Assembly: GCA_041653955.1 (NCBI GenBank)
Contig: JBAZEH010000003.1
Location: forward strand, 6,558-70,557
Length of the DNA: 64,000 bases
Direction: 5' to 3'
Origin: Candidatus Omnitrophota bacterium
GTDB lineage: Bacteria; Omnitrophota; Gorgyraeia; Gygaellales; Profunditerraquicolaceae
Of the stretch, positions 48,265 through 58,559 are shown in pieces. Each line of letters opens with the position of its first letter. Position 1 is the stretch's first letter. The notes below the pieces were generated by a model. It had not been told where the DNA came from. It saw nothing but the letters and a program-made list of their open reading frames with translations, and made no database searches. The position numbers were made by a program, and so were the translations under genes.

Positions 48265-49157
48265 TCCTGCGCAGGATATTCTTTTGGCTATTCTCCCTGG
48301 GGTTCATAGTTTTTGCCCCGTTAGCCCTTTTTTATTCTTTAGGATATAAGTTTGATACGCATTCAAGGCATTTTCAGAAAACAGGGGCGATATCCATTAA
48401 AGCCTCCCCGCAACAGGCCAGGATATTTTTAGACGGTAACAAGATCAGTGAATCCGCTCCTTATGCCATAAGAGGGCTTTTGCCCGGCCATTATACCGTA
48501 AAACTCGAAAAAGAAGGATTTTACCATTATGAAATACCGGTAGAGGTAAATTCTTCCTACGTCTATGATATAGATATTGTGCTTTTGCCCAAAACGGCGA
48601 ATATAGAAAGGGCAGACCCGGATCTTAAGGTATACAAATTTTTCGTTGTAAAACGCCTTTTTAATAAAAAGATCATCGTATTTACTGACGATGAAATATA
48701 CCTCCTGGATGAAAAACTCGGGAACGCCCAGAAGATAGCCGACTTAAAAATTGACCCGCGGACGATAAATACCATAGAGGGCCTTGAAGAAGGGAATAAC
48801 CAGCTTATATTCTGGAATAAGAGGAATATCTGGAGGACGGAGGTCTCCCAGGCGCGCGAAGAGGCCGGCAATGAGGCCGCGCTTATTTATTCTTCCCGCG
48901 AGCCGATAAAGGATGTATTTATCGCCTTGAAAGGGAGATACCTTGTCGTACACGAGGGTATCAGGGTGGTTAACCTGGATATAGCAAACCCTACCGTCTT
49001 TTTCCCTGTTTTAGAGTTGAAAAGCTCCTTTGCCAAGGTATTTTACGATTCGGAATCAGAGGCCCTGTTCGTAAGGGATAATGAAACAACTACTAACAGG
49101 CAAACGCTTTTTAAGATATACCTGACGGAATATATTGATGAGACAAGATCAGATTGA
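48243..49157 (+). CDS. membrane-anchored PEGA-domain protein
   Basis: N-terminal TM, PEGA-like beta domain (SPQQARIFLDGNKISESAPYAIRGLLPGHYTVKLEKEGF). Confidence 0.55.
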   Translation: MQDKKYLILRRIFFWLFSLGFIVFAPLALFYSLGYKFDTHSRHFQKTGAISIKASPQQARIFLDGNKISESAPYAIRGLLPGHYTVKLEKEGFYHYEIPVEVNSSYVYDIDIVLLPKTANIERADPDLKVYKFFVVKRLFNKKIIVFTDDEIYLLDEKLGNAQKIADLKIDPRTINTIEGLEEGNNQLIFWNKRNIWRTEVSQAREEAGNEAALIYSSREPIKDVFIALKGRYLVVHEGIRVVNLDIANPTVFFPVLELKSSFAKVFYDSESEALFVRDNETTTNRQTLFKIYLTEYIDETRSD

Positions 49158-50625
49158 GAGGTTTTTAGAGGCGGTGCCGGGTTCTATCAGCTGGTTCATC
49201 CTGATACTTATATCCGCGCTGTTCATTTTTAAACCCATAGCGGTAGCGATCGTATTGATCGCTTACCTGATCTACTGGTTGTGCCGCCTGCTTTATATGA
49301 GCACCCTGTTAGCATTAGCGCACCGCAGGGTATCGTCGGCCAAGAATACAGATTGGCTCGCCCTTTGCCGGAATACCGCCTCGGATAAGAAGTTTGAAGA
49401 TATTATTCATATAGTGCTCTACACGGTATATAAAGAACCGTACGAAGTAATAAGGGGGAGCCTTGAGGCGCTTGCTAAAGTAAACTACCCCCGCGATAAA
49501 ATAATCGTAGCCCTGGCAGGGGAGGGAAGGGATGCCGGTTCCTCCGCAAAGTTAGGGAAGGCGAAGGAAGAATTCATCAAATATTTCAGGGATATCGTAA
49601 TAACCATACACCCCGCAGGGGCCGCAGGGGAGATCCCCTGCAAAGGAGCAAATGCGACTTTTGCCGCCTCTAAAATAAAAGAATTACTGGAAAAAGAAGG
49701 CTTGCCGTTAGAGAATGTGGTTATCTCTTCTTTTGACGCGGATACATGCCCGGATAAGGATTATTTTTCCTGCCTGACATATAATTTCTTAAGTAATCCC
49801 AAAAGATACCAGACGAGTTTTCAGCCGCTGCCCATATACAATAATAATATCTATTATGTGCCGGCCTTTGCCAGGGTTATGGAGTTAGGTTCTACATTCT
49901 GGCAGATGATAGAGAGCATGCGTTACGAGAAGATAATAACATTCTCTTCGCACAGCATGAGTTTTAAGACCCTTGTAGACGTGGGGTACTGGCCCGTAAA
50001 CCTCGTATCGGATGACTCTCTGATCTTTTGGAAATGTTTCCTGCATTTTAACGGCGATTACTCTACGGATTCCCTGGAAGCCCCGGTATATATGGATATA
50101 GCGGTAGGAAAAAACTTTCTTGATACCATAGCTGTCCAGTACAGGCAGAAACGCAGGTGGGCATGGGGAGTAGAGACATTCGTATTTTTAGGGATGGGGC
50201 TGCTGCATAACCGCAATATTCCGTTGGCGGTAAAGATCAGAAGGCTTTATCAGATACTGGATAACCATATTAATTGGGCGACCTGGTCAATAATCATAAG
50301 TTTCATAACACCGTTAGTCCTTTTATGGTCAAGGTTCATCCGCCCCGATTCCCTTATATTCTTTAACCTGTCTTATATAAACAGCGCTATTTTTAATTCG
50401 CTGATCCTGATACTTTTCCTCTGTATTTTTATCAGCAGGGGGTTCGTGCCTCCCCGGCCGGAGAATGTGCCGCGCCGGGTATATATTTCTTTTATTTTGC
50501 AGTGGTTCTTTATACCTTTTGTTTCCGCTTTCCTGGGCTCGCTGCCTGCCTTAGACGCGCAGACCCGGCTTATGTTTAACAGCCGCCTGGGCTTTTACGC
50601 AACCCCTAAAAAAAGAATGAGGTGA
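49135..50625 (+). CDS. family 2 glycosyltransferase, membrane-integrated processive type
   Basis: DAD motif (SSFDADTCPD), QYRQKRRWAWG (QxxRW), flanking TM helices. Confidence 0.7.
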   Translation: MMRQDQIERFLEAVPGSISWFILILISALFIFKPIAVAIVLIAYLIYWLCRLLYMSTLLALAHRRVSSAKNTDWLALCRNTASDKKFEDIIHIVLYTVYKEPYEVIRGSLEALAKVNYPRDKIIVALAGEGRDAGSSAKLGKAKEEFIKYFRDIVITIHPAGAAGEIPCKGANATFAASKIKELLEKEGLPLENVVISSFDADTCPDKDYFSCLTYNFLSNPKRYQTSFQPLPIYNNNIYYVPAFARVMELGSTFWQMIESMRYEKIITFSSHSMSFKTLVDVGYWPVNLVSDDSLIFWKCFLHFNGDYSTDSLEAPVYMDIAVGKNFLDTIAVQYRQKRRWAWGVETFVFLGMGLLHNRNIPLAVKIRRLYQILDNHINWATWSIIISFITPLVLLWSRFIRPDSLIFFNLSYINSAIFNSLILILFLCIFISRGFVPPRPENVPRRVYISFILQWFFIPFVSAFLGSLPALDAQTRLMFNSRLGFYATPKKRMR

Positions 50626-51458
50626 AGATGGAAAAGAAAGTTACGGTGCAGGATATATTATCGTTAAAAGGTAAACGCAAGATCACCATGCTTACCGCTT
50701 ACGATCATCCGCTCGCGTCTTTGATTGACCGCGCCGGGATCGATATGATCCTGGTGGGTGATTCAGTCGCCAATGTGGTTTTAGGGCTTGACTCTACTAC
50801 TAAGGTCGGAATGGCAGAAATGATCCATCACTCTAAAGCAGTAACGCGGGCGGTAAAACGCGCGCTGGTGGTAGGCGATATGCCTTATGAATCTTACCAG
50901 GTGAACCCCGAAGAATCCGTAAAGAACGCGCGGCGCTTTATTGAAGAAGCAGGGTGTGGAGCGGTAAAATTGGAGTGGTTTAGCCGCTGCCTTGAGGTAA
51001 CCGGGCAGATAATAAAAGCGGGTATCCCCGTGATGGGCCATATAGGCCTTACCCCCCAAACCGCAGACCAATTAGGCGGATTTAAGGTGCAGGGTAAGGA
51101 CGCTGACCAGGCAAAGCGCCTGATCGACCAGGCCATAGCGTTAGAGAAGCTCGGGTGTTTTGCGATCGTCCTTGAATGCGTGCCTGATAAGATAGCGCAG
51201 ATGATCACCGGAAAGATAAAGATGCCTACGATAGGCATAGGCGCGGGTGTGTATTGCGACGGACAGGTTTTGGTTACCCCTGACCTGCTCGGTTTGTTTG
51301 AGCGATTCACCCCTAAATTCGTCAAAAAATACGTCAACTTGTCTCCTATGATATCTAAAGCCATAGAGGAATACAAGAGAGAGGTTACAGAAGGCAGGTT
51401 TCCGGACAAAGAGCACAGCTTCAGCATAAAAGAAGAGGAGTTGAAGAAATTAAATTAA
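50622..51458 (+). CDS. panB: 3-methyl-2-oxobutanoate hydroxymethyltransferase
   Basis: LTAYDHPLASLIDRAGIDMILVGDS... PanB signature. Confidence 0.9.
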   Translation: MKMEKKVTVQDILSLKGKRKITMLTAYDHPLASLIDRAGIDMILVGDSVANVVLGLDSTTKVGMAEMIHHSKAVTRAVKRALVVGDMPYESYQVNPEESVKNARRFIEEAGCGAVKLEWFSRCLEVTGQIIKAGIPVMGHIGLTPQTADQLGGFKVQGKDADQAKRLIDQAIALEKLGCFAIVLECVPDKIAQMITGKIKMPTIGIGAGVYCDGQVLVTPDLLGLFERFTPKFVKKYVNLSPMISKAIEEYKREVTEGRFPDKEHSFSIKEEELKKLN

Positions 51459-51461
51459 AAG

Positions 51462-52202
51462 ATGAATAAGAGAGCGGTTAAAAATATACAGATTGCGGCC
51501 ATATTCTTTATCTCTTTATTGTTTGTCGTAAGATTCGGGGGGGCAGGCATTTTAAGGGCATACGTTGAGATGGGTATCGGCAATTGCCGGACGATGCCGG
51601 TATTGTGCGCCTATCCCGCGGAAGATATATCCGATACCGCTTTAGACAGCGCGTATATCTCCGGGCTCTTGCCTTATAAATTCCCGGGGATGAATATATC
51701 GATCCCCAGGGGTTTTGCGGTTATAAAGGGGCGGGTAAAAAAAGTATATTATAAAAAGAAGAAGTTTGGCGCCGGGAGCCCGGTAGTATATTTGCTGTAT
51801 CAGAAGCCGCGGTTCTTTGTCAATCTGTTCCCCCAGGCCAAAAGGCACGGGATCGCCGATAATTACGAGTTCGTAAGCCGCACCATTTATGCGGACCCCA
51901 GGAATATAAATAATATAATGGATGCCTTCTTTGTGATTATGAAGGCGATATTCACCCCTGACATAGGGGACCAGAAGAACGTGAAGATCGCCAAATTCAA
52001 CCTTCCAGGAGGCAAGGGTTTCATTACATATAATTTTGACCCTTCGCGTAACTATTTTGATTGCGATGTGGTGTTTGCGGATGACAGCTTCTGCAAGGTA
52101 TATATAAAAGACAAGGGGAAGGTTCTTCAGATGAAGGATGTGGCCGCGATTATATCAACCCTGAAAGTTTCGGATGCGGCAGCCTCTGATGAAACAGGCT
52201 GA
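51462..52202 (+). CDS. hypothetical exported protein
   Basis: N-terminal signal/anchor; no recognisable domain. Confidence 0.45.
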   Translation: MNKRAVKNIQIAAIFFISLLFVVRFGGAGILRAYVEMGIGNCRTMPVLCAYPAEDISDTALDSAYISGLLPYKFPGMNISIPRGFAVIKGRVKKVYYKKKKFGAGSPVVYLLYQKPRFFVNLFPQAKRHGIADNYEFVSRTIYADPRNINNIMDAFFVIMKAIFTPDIGDQKNVKIAKFNLPGGKGFITYNFDPSRNYFDCDVVFADDSFCKVYIKDKGKVLQMKDVAAIISTLKVSDAAASDETG

Positions 52203-52262
52203 ATTGCGTTAATGGAAGTTTCCCTTGACTTTTGAGTGAACTTACGTTAAAAATAAAGGTCT

Positions 52263-53591
52263 ATGAGTATCAATATTATGGATAAGATAGTCGCCCTCTG
52301 CAAACGCAGGGGCTTTGTATTCCAGTCCTCGGATATATACGGCGGTTTAAGCAATACGTGGGATTACGGCCCGTATGGCGTGGAGCTGAAGAATAATGTC
52401 AAGCGCGCCTGGTGGAGGTCCGTAGTTTATGAGCGTAATGATATCCTGGGTATGGATGCCGCGATATTAATGCATCCTAAGGTATGGCAGGCATCCGGGC
52501 ACGTGGATAATTTTTATGACTTAAAGAGTGACTGTAAATCCTGCAAGAAACGTTTCAAGGCGGCTGACCTGAAAGACCCCAAAAAGTGCCCTGAATGTAA
52601 GGGTGATCTGACAGAGGCGCGCCCATTTAACCTGATGTTCAAGACGCACCAGGGGCCCGTAGAAGATGAAGGGAACTTGCTTTATTTAAGGCCCGAGACA
52701 GCGCAGGGTATCTTCGTGAATTTCTCGAATATCCTTGATTCCCGCCATCCCAAACTTCCCTTTGGCCTGGCGCAGATAGGCAAGGCATTTCGCAATGAAA
52801 TTACCCCGGGGAATTTTACTTTCCGCACGCGCGAGTTTGAGCAGATGGAGATAGAATATTTTGTCAGGCCCGATGAGGCGGATAAAAAGCTGGAAGAGTG
52901 GATTGATTACCGTTTCAGCTGGTATCCGGCTTTAGGGATGAAGAAAGAGAATTTGAGGAAGCGCCCGCACGCTAAAGATGAACTCGCGCATTACGCCAGG
53001 GCGTGCACCGATATAGAATATAATTTTCCTTTCGGGTGGTCGGAACTTGAGGGTATCGCCAACAGGACTGATTTTGACCTGAAACAGCACGCGCAAACCA
53101 GCGGAAAGGACCTGCAATATTTTGACGACGCGGCAAAGACTAAATTTTACCCGTATATCATAGAGCCGTCAGGCGGGGTGGATAGGGCGGTATTGGCGTT
53201 CCTGACTGATGCTTATCATGAAGAAAAGGTCAAAGAAGATACGCGCGTTGTACTTAAGCTCCATAAGGATCTTGCTCCGGTAAAAGTGGCGGTGTTGCCG
53301 CTTTTAAAGAACCGCCCGGAGATAGTTGAACTGGCAAAGAAGCTGGCACAGGGTTTGAAAAAGAGCATTGTCACGGTATATGATGATACCGCGGCTATCG
53401 GCAAGCTTTACCGCAGGCAGGATGAAGTCGGAACGCTCTATTGCGTTACCGTGGATGTGCAGTCATTGGAAGACAAACAGGTAACTGTCCGGGACAGGGA
53501 TACAATGAAGCAGGACAGAATAGGGATAGATAATTTAAAAGGTTATCTTACAGAAAAACTTAACGAAGGGGACACCCTCCCGATTGGCTGA
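52263..53591 (+). CDS. glyQS: glycine--tRNA ligase (dimeric alpha2 type)
   Basis: Class II motifs, insertion with zinc-ribbon-like CKSCKKRF...CPECKG, C-terminal anticodon-binding domain; last codons and stop lie in a GGGACACCC repeat. Confidence 0.9.
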   Translation: MSINIMDKIVALCKRRGFVFQSSDIYGGLSNTWDYGPYGVELKNNVKRAWWRSVVYERNDILGMDAAILMHPKVWQASGHVDNFYDLKSDCKSCKKRFKAADLKDPKKCPECKGDLTEARPFNLMFKTHQGPVEDEGNLLYLRPETAQGIFVNFSNILDSRHPKLPFGLAQIGKAFRNEITPGNFTFRTREFEQMEIEYFVRPDEADKKLEEWIDYRFSWYPALGMKKENLRKRPHAKDELAHYARACTDIEYNFPFGWSELEGIANRTDFDLKQHAQTSGKDLQYFDDAAKTKFYPYIIEPSGGVDRAVLAFLTDAYHEEKVKEDTRVVLKLHKDLAPVKVAVLPLLKNRPEIVELAKKLAQGLKKSIVTVYDDTAAIGKLYRRQDEVGTLYCVTVDVQSLEDKQVTVRDRDTMKQDRIGIDNLKGYLTEKLNEGDTLPIG

Positions 53592-53602
53592 AGGGGTGTC
53601 CC
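53568..53602 (+). repeat. palindromic repeat copy C: GGGACACCC-N16-GGGTGTCCC
   Basis: GGGACACCCtcccgattggctgaagGGGTGTCCC; loop nearly identical to the 20433-20466 copy. Confidence 0.8.
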
Positions 53603-53632
53603 TAAGAATGAAAAAGGAGGGTTTTAAAGGAA

Positions 53633-56368
53633 ATGGCAAAGAAATATGTTTACTTCTTCGGCGGGCAAAAGGCAGACGGTAATGAAAGCATGAAAAATCT
53701 ACTCGGCGGCAAAGGCGCGAACCTCGCCGAGATGGCAGGAAATAAGGAATTACGCCTCCCAGTGCCTCCCGGATTTACCGTTACTACAGAGGTTTGCACG
53801 CACTATTATCAAAATAAAAAGAAATATCCCGCCGGCCTTAAAGAGGAAGTGCTTAAGGCGTTAGGGAAGGTCGAGAAGTTGATGGATAGGAAGTTCGGAG
53901 ACGCGGATAATCCTTTATTGGTTTCCGTGCGTTCCGGCGCCAGGAAATCAATGCCCGGGATGATGGAGACGGTATTGAACGTCGGGCTTACCGAGAAGAC
54001 GATACCGGGGCTCATAAAGCAGAGCGGCGGGAACGGACGTTTTGTCTATGATGCCTACCGCAGGCTCATAATGATGTACTCCGACGTGGTTATGGAGAAA
54101 GCCGCGGGCATAGAGCCAAAGGATGAGCAGGGAATACGTAAGCAGTTAGAGAGGGTTATGGCCCAGATCAAGAAGGAGAAAGGGTATAACCTTGATACTG
54201 ACCTTACCGTTGATGACCTCAAAAGGCTATGCGTTTCATTCAAGGCGAAGATAAGGGAAGTATTGGGCAAAGAGTTCCCGGATAACCCCATGGAGCAGCT
54301 ATGGGGAGGCATAGGCGCGGTATTTTCATCATGGAACGGCAAGCGCGCCATAAGTTACCGCCGCATTGAGAATATCCCGGATGAGTGGGGTACAGCCGTT
54401 AATGTCCAGACGATGGTTTTCGGGAATATGGGCGCTGATTCGGCTACGGGAGTCGCCTTTACCCGTAACCCCGGTAACGGCGAAGGGAAATTTTACGGAG
54501 AGTACCTTATAAACGCGCAAGGGGAAGATGTGGTCGCAGGTATCCGCACGCCCGCGCCCATAAACGGATACTCCAAGTCCGAGCACAACAAAGAGCTTAA
54601 GACGCTGGAAGAGGCTATGCCCAAGATATATAAGGAGCTTTTTGATATACAGAAGCGCCTTGAGAAACATTACCGCGATATGCAGGATATAGAGTTTACC
54701 ATAGAAAAGGGGAGGCTCTTTATGCTGCAATGCCGCGTGGGCAAGCGTAATGGCCCGGCTGCGGTACGCATGGCCATAGATATGTTAAAGGAGAAATTGA
54801 TTAAAAAAGAAGATCTGGTGATGCGCGTGACGCCGGCCCAGCTGGATGAGCTGTTGCATCCTATCATTGACCCTAAGGTAGAGCTGCAGAAGAAACCTAT
54901 AACTAAAGGTTTGCCGGCGGGCCCGGGCGGCGCTAACGGCCAGATAGTATTTTCGGCCGCCGATGCCGTAGCATGGGCAAAGGAAGGCAAAAAGGTGATC
55001 CTGGTGCGCGAAGAGACTAACCCTGAAGATGTTGAGGGTATGCGCGCGGCGCAGGCTATTCTTACTGCGCGCGGAGGTATGACCTCTCACGCGGCGTTAG
55101 TAGCGCGGGGGTGGGGTAAATGCTGTATCGTAGGATGCGGCGCTTTGCACGTTGACGCCGCGAAGAAAGAGATGGCGGTTAACGGCAATATCCTTAAAGA
55201 AGGCGCGTGGATCACGTTAAACGGCACAAAGGGGAATGTTTATGAAGGGCAGCTGCCGATGATGGACGCGACCGAAGAAAATAAGACCCTGATGGATTTC
55301 CTTAAGGTTTGCAACTCCATTAAGAGATTAGGAGTGCGTACCAATGCCGATACCCCGGAAGACGCGAAGAGGGCAAGGCAGTTCGGTGCCGAAGGTATAG
55401 GCCTTTTCAGGACAGAGCATATGTTCTACGGAAAGGGAGCTGACGAGCCATTGTTCCGTCTGCGCAAGATGATCGTATCTAATACCGCAGAAGAGAGGAA
55501 GAAGGCGCTGGAAGAGCTCTTTCCTTACGTAAAGAAAGATATCAAGGGGACATTAGAGGCGATGGATGGGTTTCCTGTGGTTGTGCGTTTGCTTGATCCG
55601 CCCTTGCATGAATTCGTCCCCCGTGAGCAGGCAAAGCTTGAGCAGCTCGCGCGTGACCTTAACATATCCATGGAAGAGCTTACCAAGCGCGCCGATAACC
55701 TGCATGAGTCTAACCCGATGATGGGGCATAGAGGCGTGCGCCTGGGGGTTACTTATCCCGAGGTAAGCGCTATGCAGATAAGGGCAGTCCTTGAGGCGGC
55801 GGCAGAGCTGGTCAAAGAAGGAAAGAAGCCGTATCCCGAAATAATGGTCCCTGTTGTATGCGACGTAAAAGAGCTGGATGACCAGTTGGCGATAGCCAAA
55901 CAGGTATACAAGGAGACCCTTGAGAAATACGGGCTCAGGAATATCAAGCATATGTTCGGCACCATGATCGAGATACCCCGCGCCGCATTAGTCGCGGGTA
56001 AGCTTGCGACTGTGGCGCAGTTCTTCTCATACGGGACAAATGATATGACCCAGATGGGATTCGGTTTCTCGCGCGACGATATCGGAGGTTTCCTGCCGGA
56101 GTATATCAATAAAGGCATACTTCCCGAAGACCCCTTCCAGAGCATTGACCAGGAAGGTATAGGGGAATTGATAAAGATAGGAATAGAGCGCGGCCGCAAG
56201 GCCCGCAAGGACCTGGAAGTAGGTATCTGCGGCGAGCATGGCGGAGAGCCCCGCTCTGTTGAGTTCTGCCACCGCGTAGGCATGGATTATGTAAGCTGCT
56301 CGCCTTTCAGGGTCCCCATTGCAATATTAGCGGCAGCCCAGGCAGTATTGAAAGGGAAGAAAAAATAA
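53633..56368 (+). CDS. ppdK: pyruvate, phosphate dikinase
   Basis: 911 aa; ATP-grasp N-terminus, central phosphohistidine domain GGMTSHAALVARGWGK, C-terminal PEP-utilising TIM barrel. Confidence 0.95.
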   Translation: MAKKYVYFFGGQKADGNESMKNLLGGKGANLAEMAGNKELRLPVPPGFTVTTEVCTHYYQNKKKYPAGLKEEVLKALGKVEKLMDRKFGDADNPLLVSVRSGARKSMPGMMETVLNVGLTEKTIPGLIKQSGGNGRFVYDAYRRLIMMYSDVVMEKAAGIEPKDEQGIRKQLERVMAQIKKEKGYNLDTDLTVDDLKRLCVSFKAKIREVLGKEFPDNPMEQLWGGIGAVFSSWNGKRAISYRRIENIPDEWGTAVNVQTMVFGNMGADSATGVAFTRNPGNGEGKFYGEYLINAQGEDVVAGIRTPAPINGYSKSEHNKELKTLEEAMPKIYKELFDIQKRLEKHYRDMQDIEFTIEKGRLFMLQCRVGKRNGPAAVRMAIDMLKEKLIKKEDLVMRVTPAQLDELLHPIIDPKVELQKKPITKGLPAGPGGANGQIVFSAADAVAWAKEGKKVILVREETNPEDVEGMRAAQAILTARGGMTSHAALVARGWGKCCIVGCGALHVDAAKKEMAVNGNILKEGAWITLNGTKGNVYEGQLPMMDATEENKTLMDFLKVCNSIKRLGVRTNADTPEDAKRARQFGAEGIGLFRTEHMFYGKGADEPLFRLRKMIVSNTAEERKKALEELFPYVKKDIKGTLEAMDGFPVVVRLLDPPLHEFVPREQAKLEQLARDLNISMEELTKRADNLHESNPMMGHRGVRLGVTYPEVSAMQIRAVLEAAAELVKEGKKPYPEIMVPVVCDVKELDDQLAIAKQVYKETLEKYGLRNIKHMFGTMIEIPRAALVAGKLATVAQFFSYGTNDMTQMGFGFSRDDIGGFLPEYINKGILPEDPFQSIDQEGIGELIKIGIERGRKARKDLEVGICGEHGGEPRSVEFCHRVGMDYVSCSPFRVPIAILAAAQAVLKGKKK

Positions 56369-57214
56369 ATGGAGTCTCTCAGGCTTTACCTCAGAGATAT
56401 CAGGCATATACCTCTATTGACCCCTGCGGAGGAGATAACTTTAAGCAAGAGGATCAAAAGGGGAGGCAAGACAGGAGAAAAGGCGCGTAAAGATATGATA
56501 CGCGCCAACCTCCGCCTGGTTATCAATATTGCCAAAAGGTATATGTATCTTGGCATACCTTTTCTTGACCTGATAGAAGAGGGAAATCTTGGCCTGATGA
56601 AGGCGGTAGACAGGTTTAACCCGAAGAAGGGTTTTCGTTTCTCTACTTACGCTGCCTGGTGGATAAAACAGGCGATCACCCGCTCTATATTTGAGCAGGG
56701 AAAATTGATCCGTATGCCGGTCTACATGAACGAGATGATCACCAAATGGAAGAAGACAGGCGAGCGCCTTGCCCAGAAACTGAAACGCCATCCCACAGAT
56801 GAAGAGATAGCAAAAAAAATGAGGATAACCAGGGCAAAAGTAAAACAGATCAATTTCTGGCTCTCCGCTAAAACTTCTTCACTGGAAGCTCCTTTAGGCG
56901 ATGACGATGAAGGCCAGATATTGGACCTTGTGTATGATGAGAGCGCGGTCGCCCCTAACAGCGAGATAGAGCGCACCTTTGATAAGGAACGCCTGAACAG
57001 CTTGCTGGAGATAACCAGTGATAAGGAGAGGATGGTCCTGGATATGCGTTTCGGGCTGGATGACGGAAAACCGCATACCCTGGCAGACGTAGCCGAAAAG
57101 CTGGGAGTCTCGCGCGAAAGGGTGCGCCAGATAGAGGAGCAGGCAAAAAAGAAATTAAGAAAGTTCATTCACGGCAGGCCCGGCGGGTTCCATAGATACG
57201 AGACCGAGCCATAA
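56369..57214 (+). CDS. RNA polymerase sigma-70 family factor (compact, regions 1.2-4)
   Basis: Region 2 DLIEEGNLGLMKAVDRFNPKKGFRFSTYAAWWIKQAI, region 4 HTH LADVAEKLGVSRERVRQIE; starts at the ppdK stop (TAAATGG). Confidence 0.85.
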   Translation: MESLRLYLRDIRHIPLLTPAEEITLSKRIKRGGKTGEKARKDMIRANLRLVINIAKRYMYLGIPFLDLIEEGNLGLMKAVDRFNPKKGFRFSTYAAWWIKQAITRSIFEQGKLIRMPVYMNEMITKWKKTGERLAQKLKRHPTDEEIAKKMRITRAKVKQINFWLSAKTSSLEAPLGDDDEGQILDLVYDESAVAPNSEIERTFDKERLNSLLEITSDKERMVLDMRFGLDDGKPHTLADVAEKLGVSRERVRQIEEQAKKKLRKFIHGRPGGFHRYETEP

Positions 57215-57229
57215 AGAGGGGCAGGCCCT

Positions 57230-57757
57230 ATGAAAAAAAAGAAAAGCTCATTAAAAGACTCTGTAAGAAGCATACCTGATTTTCCTAAGCCGGGGATACT
57301 GTTCAAGGATATCACTACCTTATTACAAGACAGGAAGGCGTTTAAAGAGGCGCTGGATTCCCTGGTCAGGAAATTCAAAGGCAAGAAGATAGATAAGGTA
57401 GTCGCGGTTGAGGCAAGGGGCTTTATATTGGGCGGGGCAGTGGCCTATAAGATAGGCGCTGGATTTGTCCCGGTGCGCAAGAAAGGAAAACTTCCCTGGA
57501 AGACTAACTCCGTGACTTACAACCTGGAGTACGGGACCGATACCCTTGAGATGCACCACGATGCTATCAATCCCGGCGAAAGGGTCTTGATAATAGATGA
57601 CCTTTTGGCTACCGGGGGGACGGTAAAAGCGGTGACTGAATTGGTAAGCCAGTTTAAGGGCAAGGTCGCCGGGATCGTGTTCTTGATAGAGTTGGCTGAA
57701 TTAAAAGGCAAGGATAAGATCAAGGGTTATCCGGTCTACTCTTTGATAAGATATTAA
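57230..57757 (+). CDS. apt: adenine phosphoribosyltransferase
   Basis: PRPP-binding VLIIDDLLATGGT motif. Confidence 0.9.
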   Translation: MKKKKSSLKDSVRSIPDFPKPGILFKDITTLLQDRKAFKEALDSLVRKFKGKKIDKVVAVEARGFILGGAVAYKIGAGFVPVRKKGKLPWKTNSVTYNLEYGTDTLEMHHDAINPGERVLIIDDLLATGGTVKAVTELVSQFKGKVAGIVFLIELAELKGKDKIKGYPVYSLIRY

Positions 57758-57758
57758 T

Positions 57759-57835
57759 GCCCCTGTAGCTCATAAGGATAGAGCAGCGGTTTCCTAAACC
57801 GCGTGTGGCAGGTTCGATTCCTGCCAGGGGCACCA
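57759..57835 (+). tRNA. tRNA-Arg (anticodon CCU), CCA encoded
   Basis: Acceptor GCCCCTG/CAGGGGC, D arm GCTCATAAGGATAGAGC, anticodon stem GCGGT/ACCGC with loop TTCCTAA, T arm GCAGGTTCGATTCCTGC, then ACCA. Confidence 0.85.
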
Positions 57836-57840
57836 GAAAA

Positions 57841-57894
57841 AGGGACTGTCCCCTGGGCGTTCTTTGGATTAGCTCTCTACGGGGACTGTCCCTT
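57841..57894 (+). repeat. two copies of the short palindrome GGGACtGTCCC flanking a 30-nt spacer, immediately after tRNA-Arg
   Basis: GGGACTGTCCCctgggcgttctttggattagctctctacgGGGACTGTCCC; shares the GGGAC/GTCCC half-site with the GGGACACCC family. Confidence 0.6.
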
Positions 57895-57905
57895 AATGAT
57901 AACGT

Positions 57906-58559
57906 ATGTATAATCTGCATTGCCACTCTTTATTAAGCGACGGCGTACTGCTTCCTTCCGAAATAGCAGTGCGCTACCTCTCCATAGGATATAAAGCTAT
58001 CGCTATCACTGATCACGCCGATTACAGCAATATAGATACGGTTGCTGAAGCAATACTTTGCTTTACCGGCCATTGGCCGAAAGATTCAAATATCAGGATA
58101 TTTCCCGGGGTTGAACTTACCCATATCCCCCCTGAGCAATTTAAGCCATTAGTAAAACGCGCGCGCGCGAAAGGCTTAAAGGTGATCATAGGACATGGAG
58201 AGACTTTGACTGAACCTGTTATAAAAGGGACCAACCGCGCGGCGCTTGAGGCAGGCGTAGATATCCTGGCGCATCCCGGGTTGATAACGCAAGAAGATGC
58301 CGCGTTAGCCGCGAAAAAAGGTATATTCTTGGAGATAACCTGCCGTAAGGGCCACCGCGACACAAACGCGCATGTCGTAGATATGGGTATAAGATCCAGC
58401 GCGAAATTGATCATAAACGCGGACAGCCATTCCCCGGAAGATATTATTAATCCGCAAGAGGCCGAGAAATTCGCGCTTGCCGCGGGGCTAAGCGAGACAG
58501 ATATTAAAAAAATATATAAGGATGTTACGCTCTTTTTAAGCGGAAAGGGGGCAAGATGA
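57906..58559 (+). CDS. PHP-domain phosphoesterase (histidinol-phosphatase-like)
   Basis: LHCHSLLSDG, ITDHAD, IIGHGE... PHP motifs. Confidence 0.75.
   Translation: MYNLHCHSLLSDGVLLPSEIAVRYLSIGYKAIAITDHADYSNIDTVAEAILCFTGHWPKDSNIRIFPGVELTHIPPEQFKPLVKRARAKGLKVIIGHGETLTEPVIKGTNRAALEAGVDILAHPGLITQEDAALAAKKGIFLEITCRKGHRDTNAHVVDMGIRSSAKLIINADSHSPEDIINPQEAEKFALAAGLSETDIKKIYKDVTLFLSGKGAR

Noticed and set aside
57720-57926. 68-aa minus-strand ORF
   Set aside because: It is the reverse translation of tRNA-Arg (…AGIEPATRG…).
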